Origin: Blastocatellia bacterium
Lineage (GTDB): Bacteria > Acidobacteriota > Blastocatellia > UBA7656
DNA: 64,000 bases
NCBI GenBank assembly: GCA_963765495.1
Contig: CAVXWP010000007.1
Coordinates: forward strand, 192,001 to 256,000
Direction: 5' to 3'
The notes below the pieces were generated by a model. That model saw nothing but the letters and a program-made list of their open reading frames with translations. It did not search any database and had not been told where the DNA came from. Of this stretch, positions 1 through 7,814 are shown piece by piece (within the stretch, counting starts at the first letter, position 1; every line of letters starts with the position of its first letter). A program made the translations under genes and the position numbers.

Positions 1-1
1 A

Positions 2-1585
2 GACCGCCCGCACTCGTTGATCTCGGCCGTCGATTATGTCAAGCAGTTCGGCATCACGCTGCCTCAGGGGTTCGCAAGCTCGCGGCCTGCCCGCCGGGCC
101 GAAGTGCTGGTCGCGCATCTTGTAAAGCTGTCGGCCGCGCTGCAAGGCTATCTGGCAGGCCCGGTCATCTGGGACTCGCTCAATTTCGCGCTTGCGCCTT
201 ATCTGGTCGATCTGGAAGACCGCGATATAAAGCAACTGGCGCAAACGCTTGTCTTCGAGTTTTCCGCCCCGGCCGTGGCGCGAGGCGGGCAGACCGTTTT
301 TGCGGACCTGCACCTTGATTGGGATGCGCCGTCTTATATGAAATCGCGCCCGCTGATAGGCGCGGGCGGCCTGCCTATGAACGAGACCTACGGCGATTTT
401 ACAAGCGAAGCCCATCGCTTTCTGCAAGCCCTGCTTGAAGTCTACATCGAGGGCGACGGACAGGGCCGCTCGTTTTTGACCCCCCGCCTGGTGCTTCACA
501 TAAATCCTCACTTCAACGAAATTGCAGGCTATCGCGCGGTCCTCGAACTGGCCAGCCGTCTTGCGGTTGAGCGCGGCGGGCTCTCGATAGTCTTTGACCG
601 TGACGAGGACGCCTTCTTTCGCCGTTACGGCATCAAGGACGACAAGGCGCTTTCGCGTGCCGAAAGCCACGCGTTGCGCTCATCTCAGTTTCAGATCGTA
701 TCGCTGAATCTGCCGCGCGTCGGATACCTGGCCGGGGGCAATCAGGTAAAGGTCTTTGAGGAGTTGACCCGGCTGATGGAAACGGCCGCGCAGGCCCATC
801 TGGAAAAGCGAGTCTTTCTTGAGAAACTGCTTGCGCTTGGCGAGCGCGGGCCGTTGTCTGCGCTTACGACCAGAGCGAGCGGCACCCCTTTCCTCAAACT
901 CAACTGGGCGACCCACGCCATCAGTCTCGTGGGTCTGAACGAGCTTTGCCGCGCCGTGCTTCAATCGGATCTGCACGATTCGCAGGCGACTATGGAGTTT
1001 GCCTTAAAAGTGCTGACGCATTTGAAGCGCGAGGCCGAGCGATTGTCGAACAAACACAAGGTGCGTTTTTTGTTGAGCGGGCAGTCAACCGAAGTGACCT
1101 CGCACAGACTTGCGCGGCTCGATTTGAGATTTTTCGGCGACACGGCAGCAAGCGTGGTCTGCGGCGATGCGGATACGGACGCAGGTTACTACACCGAGGG
1201 AGTGCAGTTGTCGGCTACAAGCGATGTGCCTGTGCTCGACCGCGTTCGCACCGAAGGCGTATTTCACGAGTTTGGATTCATAGACGCAATGACATCCATC
1301 TGGCTCGGAGAGTCGATCCCCTCGGCCGACGATCTGGGTCGATTGATCTCTCAGGCATTTTATCAATCATCCTGTGCGGGTCTGATCTTCTGCCCCGAAT
1401 TCACGATATGCGCGAGTTGCGGCGGGACTACCAGAGGGCTGCATCTTTCCTGCTCTATTTGCGGATCGAATCGGGTTGACGGATTGGCCTATGCCGGAGA
1501 CCGCTACGGACACACTTCATCCTGGGACACGGGGCGGCTGGCCGAATTAAGCGACCGCCGCCGCGTGCGCGGAACAGACATGTGA
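2..1585 (+). CDS. Anaerobic (class III) ribonucleotide reductase NrdD-like protein, 5'-truncated by the window; catalytic motifs degenerate
   Basis: The frame is open from the window edge (DRPHSLISAVDYVKQFG). It has NrdD hallmarks ARGGQTVF, SLNLPR, VGLNE, RLARLD, YYT, EGVFH, a C-terminal CxxC...CxxC Zn site and the WDTGRLAELSDR tail. It lacks the RxxGY glycyl motif. Confidence 0.8.
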   Translation, partial: DRPHSLISAVDYVKQFGITLPQGFASSRPARRAEVLVAHLVKLSAALQGYLAGPVIWDSLNFALAPYLVDLEDRDIKQLAQTLVFEFSAPAVARGGQTVFADLHLDWDAPSYMKSRPLIGAGGLPMNETYGDFTSEAHRFLQALLEVYIEGDGQGRSFLTPRLVLHINPHFNEIAGYRAVLELASRLAVERGGLSIVFDRDEDAFFRRYGIKDDKALSRAESHALRSSQFQIVSLNLPRVGYLAGGNQVKVFEELTRLMETAAQAHLEKRVFLEKLLALGERGPLSALTTRASGTPFLKLNWATHAISLVGLNELCRAVLQSDLHDSQATMEFALKVLTHLKREAERLSNKHKVRFLLSGQSTEVTSHRLARLDLRFFGDTAASVVCGDADTDAGYYTEGVQLSATSDVPVLDRVRTEGVFHEFGFIDAMTSIWLGESIPSADDLGRLISQAFYQSSCAGLIFCPEFTICASCGGTTRGLHLSCSICGSNRVDGLAYAGDRYGHTSSWDTGRLAELSDRRRVRGTDM

Positions 1586-2034
1586 AGGGATGAGGGATGA
1601 AAAGGAAAAACTGGAAAACGCGCCGGTAAAGAAACAAGACTTACGCGAAAGAACAAAGCAGTATGCACTTCGAATACTCCGGCTTTATGCGGCCTTGCCC
1701 AAAAGCACCGAAGCGCAGGTTCTTGGAAAACAAATACTGAGGTCTGGGACATCCGTAGGCGCGCAATATCGCGAAGCCTGTCGCGCAAAATCCAATCTGG
1801 ACTTCATCAGCAAGATGGAAGGCGCTCTACAGGAATTGGAGGAAACCTGTTATTGGCTTGAACTATTAAGTGAAGCCGAGATAGTTTCAAAGGAACGGTT
1901 GAATTCGCTATACGGCGAAACTGAGGAGTTAATTTCGATGTTTGTGACAATGGTAAGAAACGTCAAAGACAAACAAAAATAGGAGGTTTGACGGATAATT
2001 CTTTTTCATCCCTCATCCCTCATCCCTCATCCCT
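1586..2034. repeat. Inverted heptamer arrays (AGGGATG)2 ... (CATCCCT)4 enclosing the four-helix-bundle gene
   Basis: Left arm 1586-1599 and right arm 2007-2034 are reverse complements. Confidence 0.9.
1590..1982 (+). CDS. Four-helix-bundle protein (23S rRNA IVS protein / Avd-like family)
   Basis: Typical motifs DLRERTK, QILRSGTSVGAQYREA, DFISK, ELEETCYWLELL; 130 aa. Confidence 0.9.
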   Translation: MRDEKEKLENAPVKKQDLRERTKQYALRILRLYAALPKSTEAQVLGKQILRSGTSVGAQYREACRAKSNLDFISKMEGALQELEETCYWLELLSEAEIVSKERLNSLYGETEELISMFVTMVRNVKDKQK

Positions 2035-2040
2035 TAGATT

Positions 2041-2565
2041 ATGCCTGATGGACGCACACACGATCTGATCACGATTCTTCTTGCCGCGCCGACGGCGGCT
2101 GTCACCTATCAGATTACAAATGACTGGACGATGACTGCGATCACGACCGGAGGGATGGTATTCGGCGGGTTGATGTTTGGGCCCGATCTCGATATTCAAA
2201 GCCGCCAGTACACGCGCTGGGGACCGCTCAGGTTTTTGTGGTGGCCTTATAAGGTAGTACTGCCGCATCGCTCGCGCTTCTCTCACGGCATAGTCTTTGG
2301 CACGCTCGTTCGAGTCATATACTTCGTCATCATCTGCGCCCTGACGCTCGCCGTGGCGCTCTATGCACGCGATATGTATCTCTACCGGGCGAAGTGGGGG
2401 TTCGGCGAATTTACCGACGCGTTTGCGCGCGTATGGGAAATCCTGACGCCGATCAGACGCAGTTATCTGCTGGCGGCCTTTATCGGATTGTGGATAGGCG
2501 CAACCAGCCACACGGTAACGGATGTCCTTGGGTCTTTCTTTAAGAGCGTGCGAAAATCTATCTGA
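2041..2565 (+). CDS. Membrane metal-binding protein, DUF2227-like
   Basis: MPDGRTHD start, FGPDLD, RWGPLRFLWWPY, HRSRFSHG, SHTVTD; hydrophobic helices. Confidence 0.8.
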   Translation: MPDGRTHDLITILLAAPTAAVTYQITNDWTMTAITTGGMVFGGLMFGPDLDIQSRQYTRWGPLRFLWWPYKVVLPHRSRFSHGIVFGTLVRVIYFVIICALTLAVALYARDMYLYRAKWGFGEFTDAFARVWEILTPIRRSYLLAAFIGLWIGATSHTVTDVLGSFFKSVRKSI

Positions 2566-2573
2566 AGGGGAAG

Positions 2574-3269
2574 ATGGAGTTGAGCGAAAGCGGCGGTTTC
2601 AAGCGACTTGAATTCGAGCGCCTCGAACCACACGACCAGATGGATCGAGCCAGAAGGTTTCTGGACTTGATGCGCAGACGACGGAGCGTGCGCGCTTTTG
2701 CCCCGGACCCGGTTCCATTCGAACTGATACGGCTGGCGATAGAGACAGCCGGAAGCGCCCCTTCGGGTGCGAACCAGCAGCCGTGGCAGTTTGTCGTGGT
2801 GAGCGATGCGAAACTCAAACACAAGATCAGACTCGCCGCCGAAGAGGAAGAGCGCATAAATTACGAGCGTCGCTTTCCCGATGAATGGAAATCGGCGCTT
2901 GCGCCGCTGGGCACCGACTGGCACAAAGAGTTCCTCGACATAGCCCCGTATCTTATCGTCGTCTTTAAGATCGATTACGGAGTCGTGCCCTCGCCTGTGG
3001 ATGACGGCACGCTCGTGCATGCGAAACACTATTATGTAAATGAATCGGTGGGAATCGCCTCCGGGCTGTTGCTTGCGGCGCTTCACAACGCGGGGCTTGC
3101 TACGCTCACGCACACGCCAAGCCCTATGGGATTTCTCGCAGAGATACTCGGACGACCTAAGAACGAAAAGCCTTATTTGCTTATCCCTGTGGGATACCCC
3201 GAAGTAGACGCGCTTGTGCCTGACATTACAAAAAAGGGGCTCGATGAAATCATGACCCTGTTCGATTGA
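2574..3269 (+). CDS. Nitroreductase family protein, iodotyrosine deiodinase (IYD)-like
   Basis: RRSVR, APSGANQQPW, EEERINY, LGTDWHKEFL, HYYVNESVGIA, LTHTPSPM. Confidence 0.85.
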   Translation: MELSESGGFKRLEFERLEPHDQMDRARRFLDLMRRRRSVRAFAPDPVPFELIRLAIETAGSAPSGANQQPWQFVVVSDAKLKHKIRLAAEEEERINYERRFPDEWKSALAPLGTDWHKEFLDIAPYLIVVFKIDYGVVPSPVDDGTLVHAKHYYVNESVGIASGLLLAALHNAGLATLTHTPSPMGFLAEILGRPKNEKPYLLIPVGYPEVDALVPDITKKGLDEIMTLFD

Positions 3270-3292
3270 TGATGGAAGCGAGGTGATCACAG

Positions 3293-3844
3293 ATGGCCTG
3301 GATAAAAATCATCGAAGAAGACGAAGCCGACCCTGAGCTTAAACAGATGTACGACCGTATGCGAAATCCTCGCAGCCCCGTAGACAACATACTCAAGATA
3401 CACAGCCTGAACCCGCGCGGATTACGCGCCCATTTCGATTTTTATAAGACCGTCATGTACGCGCCGTCCGCGCTTTCCCGCATCGAACGCGAAGCGATAG
3501 CCGTGGTCGTCTCAAGCATCAACCGCTGTCATTACTGAGTGATCCATCACGCGGAGGGGCTCCGCCGACTCACGAGAGACGAGAAACTGGTCGAACAACT
3601 CAAAACCGATTATCGGAGCGCCTCGCTTGAGCCCCGATTGCGTGCGATGCTCGATTATGCAAGGAAGCTGACGCTCACGCCTCACGAAATGGAGCAATCC
3701 GATATAGACCCTTTGCGCGGTGCCGGGTTGTCGGACGCAGCCGTACTCGACCTCAATATGGTGGTCGGATATTTCGCCTTCGTAAATCGCCTGGCCGACG
3801 GCCTCGGCGTAGAGCTTGAGGCCAGATGGGGAGAGGAAGGGTGA
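3293..3844 (+). CDS. AhpD-like peroxidase-related enzyme, probable selenoprotein (CxxU), 183 aa
   Basis: ORFs 3293-3538 and 3539-3844 are contiguous and in frame. TGA 3536-3538 falls at the second Cys of NRCHY-[C/U]-VIHH. The C-terminal part has KLT..P and GYFAFVNRLADGLGV. A hairpin follows the TGA. Confidence 0.85.
3536..3573 (+). promoter_or_regulatory. Candidate bacterial SECIS element
   Basis: TGA-gtgatccatcac-GCGGAG-ggg-CTCCGC-cgactcac: a stem with a G-rich apical loop ~17-18 nt after the UGA; tgagt/actca can form a lower stem. Confidence 0.6.
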
Positions 3845-3874
3845 TTTAAGATTTAAGATTTCCTGTATTAGAGT

Positions 3875-5656
3875 TCAGGGCCGGGCAGTCTCCAAAAACG
3901 CTTTGAGCTTGCGGGAGCGCGACGGGTGGCGCAGTTTTCTGAGCGCCTTCGCCTCGATCTGGCGAATGCGCTCGCGCGTGACGGCAAAGTGCTGACCCAC
4001 TTCTTCGAGCGTGTGCTCGCTGCCGTTCGGGCCGAGGCCGAAGCGCATCTTTATGACTTTCTCTTCGCGTGGCGTGAGCGACTTCAGCACTTCGTCGGTG
4101 ATTTCGCGCAGGTTGGAATTTATCACCGCTTCCGAGGGATTTGTAATGGTCTTGTCTTCGATGAAATCGCCGAGATGCGAATCCTCTTCTTCTCCGATGG
4201 GCGTCTCAAGCGAGATCGGTTCCTGCGCGATCTTAAGCACCTTTCGCACCTTCGAGACGGGGATGTCCATCTTCTTTGCGATCTCTTCCGAGCTTGGCTC
4301 CCGGCCAAGCTCCTGGACAAGTGCGCGCGAGGTGCGGATCAACTTGTTGATGGTTTCGATCATGTGGACGGGTATGCGGATGGTGCGCGCCTGATCGGCT
4401 ATGGCCCGAGTTATTGCCTGGCGTATCCACCACGTCGCGTAGGTGGAAAATTTATAGCCTCGCCGCCACTCGAATTTATCGACCGCCTTCATCAATCCGA
4501 TATTCCCTTCCTGGATAAGATCCAGAAATTGCAATCCGCGATTCGTGTACTTCTTGGCTATCGAGACGACAAGCCTCAGGTTTGCTTCTATCAATTCCCG
4601 CTTGGCGATGTCGGCTTCTTCTTCGCCGCTGTTGATCGAGGCAAGCGAGCGTTCGAGTTCGACCGATGTGATGTGCCAGCAATCTTCAAGCTCACCGAGG
4701 CGGCGTTCGGCGTCTCGGAGGTTTCGCTTGAGTTCGCGTTCGTCCTCGTTCCATTTCTTCTTTTCAATCGCGCGCCGGGCCTTCTCGATTGCGGCGCGCG
4801 CCTCGCGCGACTCCCTCACGCATTCGAGTATAAGCTCGGTGAGTCGCTCGTGCTGATGCACGGCGAGGTCGAGCGCCCGCGCCTGCCGACTGACCTCGAC
4901 GCGCGCCCGCGCGAGCTTTCGGCGCAGGCGCGGCAGCTTCGATGATTTGCGTGGTTCGGCCCGCAATTGATCGTGAATTTTGAGCGTTCGCGTATAGCTC
5001 TTTTTTAGTTCTGTGATCGAATCGAGAATAGCAGTCAGGTACTCTTCGAGGCGTTCTTCGACGACGCCTTCCTGCTCGCTGAAGACGACTACTTCGCGTA
5101 TGTGCAATTCGCCCCGGCGCAACCGCTCGCCTATCTTTATCAATTCGTCTATACAGATCGGCGAGCGCGAAATCGCCCTGAGCGCTCGCTTCCGTCCTCG
5201 CTCGATGCGGCGGGCTATCGAGACCTCTCCGTCGCGTGTCAGCAGAGGCACTATCGCCATCTCTCGCAGGTAGAGGCGTACGGGGTCATTAGTCTTATCG
5301 AGCGTGCCGGGTGTGAGATCGAGGTCGAGCCCTTCGGCGAATTCGTCGTCGTCTTTTACGTCTCCGTTTTCGGCCGCCGCCGCCGCCGCCGCAATAAATT
5401 TTTCATCCGTGTCTGAAATCGAGATGCCTTCCGCGCCGATGGCATCGAATATTGCTTCGATGTCGTCGGCCGAATTCATGTCGGGTGGCAACAGCCGATT
5501 GATATCGTCGTAGGTCAGGTACTCCTTCTCTTTGCCGATCTCGAGAAGTTTCTCTACTTCGTTTTGATATTTCTCGTTAAGCTCTGACACGTTCGGCACT
5601 CCCGGGCAACTCATTTCGAAGTGGGTCTTGTGGCCACTCAGAATTGGTACCCTCAT
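3875..5656 (-). CDS. rpoD: RNA polymerase primary sigma factor
   Basis: Region 1.1, [46 protein letters not shown]...RERIRQIE. The exact start is uncertain. Confidence 0.97.
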   Translation of the reverse strand: MRVPILSGHKTHFEMSCPGVPNVSELNEKYQNEVEKLLEIGKEKEYLTYDDINRLLPPDMNSADDIEAIFDAIGAEGISISDTDEKFIAAAAAAAENGDVKDDDEFAEGLDLDLTPGTLDKTNDPVRLYLREMAIVPLLTRDGEVSIARRIERGRKRALRAISRSPICIDELIKIGERLRRGELHIREVVVFSEQEGVVEERLEEYLTAILDSITELKKSYTRTLKIHDQLRAEPRKSSKLPRLRRKLARARVEVSRQARALDLAVHQHERLTELILECVRESREARAAIEKARRAIEKKKWNEDERELKRNLRDAERRLGELEDCWHITSVELERSLASINSGEEEADIAKRELIEANLRLVVSIAKKYTNRGLQFLDLIQEGNIGLMKAVDKFEWRRGYKFSTYATWWIRQAITRAIADQARTIRIPVHMIETINKLIRTSRALVQELGREPSSEEIAKKMDIPVSKVRKVLKIAQEPISLETPIGEEEDSHLGDFIEDKTITNPSEAVINSNLREITDEVLKSLTPREEKVIKMRFGLGPNGSEHTLEEVGQHFAVTRERIRQIEAKALRKLRHPSRSRKLKAFLETARP

Positions 5657-5689
5657 TCATAGAATCTGTCAAGACGCGAGTTTGAAATT

Positions 5690-5793
5690 AGTCACTTGTC
5701 CGTGGTCAATTGCCCGTTCTCATTACATCAATTTTACATATATTCGTAAATTTAGTTGATTGATAACAATGCTACGGACAACGGACAAATGAC
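5690..5793. repeat. Degenerate inverted heptamer element (TTGTCCG / CGGACAA type)
   Basis: gtcacttgtccgtggtcaattgcccgtt ... ctacggacaacggacaaatgac, between dnaG and rpoD. Confidence 0.55.
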
Positions 5794-5803
5794 AGCGAAT
5801 AAG

Positions 5804-7600
5804 TCATGAAGCCGACAGCGATAACTTTCTTTTTTTGATGTCGGTCTTTTCCTGATACAGACGCATCACCCGTTCCAGGTCCTGATCCTGTTCGGCCTGG
5901 CCGAGTTCGATCTGTATCTGATCGAGTCGGCGTTCCAACTGTCGCTGCCTGAGCGAAGTGAGCGCCTCGGTCGCCTTCTTAAAAAGCGTATCGAAATCGT
6001 AGCCGCCGGCCCACGCCAGATCGCTTATCAAAAGCTCAGGCAGAAGCGCGCGTTCCGCTTCGCCCTCGATGCGCTCGCTCAGGTGGGCCAGATCGGGCTC
6101 AATCTCTTCACCTTCGAGATCGATTATCGCGGCAAACAGAGTGCCGGTCGCAAGACCCGAATAAACATCCTCGCTCAGATTCGGGACGATGGCCCGCCGC
6201 ACATCCGAGTTTGCGAGGATGAGTTCGAGCAGTTGGCGCTCTCCCGGCGTCATATTTTCGGCAGCGCGTATACGCTTCGGGTCGAGCGACTGCTGCCGAT
6301 TTGTGGCTACGCGTTTCAGTTCGTCGCGGATTACGCGGCTGTCAACCCTGAGGCGATTCGATATCTGCTCGGCATACTCCATCCGCTCGACTTTGTCTCG
6401 CATCCGCGCCAGATGCGGCAGCATCGCGTTTATGGCTTCGACCTTGCCCGAAGGGCGCGAGGTGTCGTATCGGCCCATTGTCATGTCAATGATGTATTCG
6501 ATATAAGGCTGCGTAGTCTTAAAGAGAGCCTTAAATGCCTCGGCGCCGTGTGCGCGGACGTATTCGTCCGGGTCTTCGTCGGTGGGCATTCGCAGTATAT
6601 TCGCCTTGAAGCCCTCGGCAAGCAGCAACTCGATTGATCTCATGGTTGCCGCCTGACCCGCCGAATCGGGATCGAAATTAACGATGATTTGCGGGCGGTC
6701 CATATAACGCCGCAGCAGTCGGACCTGGCTGTCGGTCAGAGCCGTGCCAAGACTTGCGACTACGTTATGGATGCCCTCTTGAAATGGAATTATGCAGTCA
6801 AGGTAGCCCTCTACCAGTATGGAGTAGCCCGTGCGGCGAATCTCGTCTTTCGATTGTGAAAGCCCGAAAAGGTTTCGCCCCTTTGTGTAGAGGGCGGTTT
6901 CAGGCGAGTTGAGATATTTGGGTTCGCCCTCACCCATCACCCTTCCGCCGAAGGCTATGATGCGGCCCTGCGAATCGGTGATGGGAAACATAACGCGCCC
7001 GCGAAATCTGTCGTAAAGACCGCCCTGCTCTTTGAGCACGCCAAGCCCGCTGCTTTCGATCTCGTCAAGGGTTGCGCCGCGCTCTTTCAGAAATGTGAGA
7101 AGCGCATCCCAGCGGTCCGGCGCATAGCCTATGCGAAACAGCCGCCGGGTCTCTTCCGTGATGCCGCGCGACTTGATGTAGAGGCGGGCCTGTTCGCCAA
7201 CGGCTTCATCTTCAAGTTGAAGCTCGAAAAATTCCGCCGCCAAATCATTTAATCGCTGAGTAGTTTCGCGGTCGCGAGCCAGCTTCTTATGATCTTCCGT
7301 CTCTTCGACTACCGGGATGGGGATGCCGTTTTTATCGGCAACGATTCTGACCGCTTCGGGAAACGAGCAGCCTTCGATCTGCATTACGAAATCGAATACG
7401 CCGCCGCCCGCGCCACATCCAAAACACTTATAGATCCCCTTGCCCGAGTGGACGTTGAATGAAGGAGTCTTTTCGGAATGGAAAGGGCAGCAGGCAATAT
7501 GGTTCGCTCCACGCTTTTTCAGCGTGACATAGTCCGACACGACGCGAACTATATCGGTCTGATTCTTTACGTCGTCAGCAAACCCTCGGGGGAATCGCAT
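5804..7600 (-). CDS. dnaG: DNA primase
   Basis: CPFHSEKTPSF...CFGC zinc finger, FGGR, KYLNSPET, VEGYLD, FDPDSAG (Toprim). Probable start is ATG 7600 (MRFPRGF). Confidence 0.97.
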   Translation of the reverse strand: MRFPRGFADDVKNQTDIVRVVSDYVTLKKRGANHIACCPFHSEKTPSFNVHSGKGIYKCFGCGAGGGVFDFVMQIEGCSFPEAVRIVADKNGIPIPVVEETEDHKKLARDRETTQRLNDLAAEFFELQLEDEAVGEQARLYIKSRGITEETRRLFRIGYAPDRWDALLTFLKERGATLDEIESSGLGVLKEQGGLYDRFRGRVMFPITDSQGRIIAFGGRVMGEGEPKYLNSPETALYTKGRNLFGLSQSKDEIRRTGYSILVEGYLDCIIPFQEGIHNVVASLGTALTDSQVRLLRRYMDRPQIIVNFDPDSAGQAATMRSIELLLAEGFKANILRMPTDEDPDEYVRAHGAEAFKALFKTTQPYIEYIIDMTMGRYDTSRPSGKVEAINAMLPHLARMRDKVERMEYAEQISNRLRVDSRVIRDELKRVATNRQQSLDPKRIRAAENMTPGERQLLELILANSDVRRAIVPNLSEDVYSGLATGTLFAAIIDLEGEEIEPDLAHLSERIEGEAERALLPELLISDLAWAGGYDFDTLFKKATEALTSLRQRQLERRLDQIQIELGQAEQDQDLERVMRLYQEKTDIKKRKLSLSAS

Positions 7601-7715
7601 CACTTTATCCCATGCTTGATCGTCACCATAGAAGGGGCGTCCGTCACCAGGACGAATTATTAACAACAAAGCTCAAATCGCGCAAGTACCTTTTCCAGAT
7701 CGGAGCCATCAAGAA

Positions 7716-7812
7716 GTGATGCGTGATGCGTGATTTTTAGACAGCCGCCTGTTTAAGTCACCTTGCAATCCTGGCAGGTCACGGATCACTCATCACGCAT
7801 TAAGCATCACGC
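7716..7812. repeat. Inverted (CGTGATG)n element with conserved core
   Basis: Arms are gtgatgcgtgatgcgtgat and tcacg..catcacgcat..catcacgc. Core 7729-7783 is the reverse complement of 28119-28174 with a few differences. Confidence 0.85.
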
Positions 7813-7814
7813 TG

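Noticed and set aside
3293-3844. Two separate small genes or a nonsense pseudogene
   Set aside because: The TGA sits exactly at the redox Cys position with a SECIS-like hairpin, so Sec read-through is the simpler explanation.
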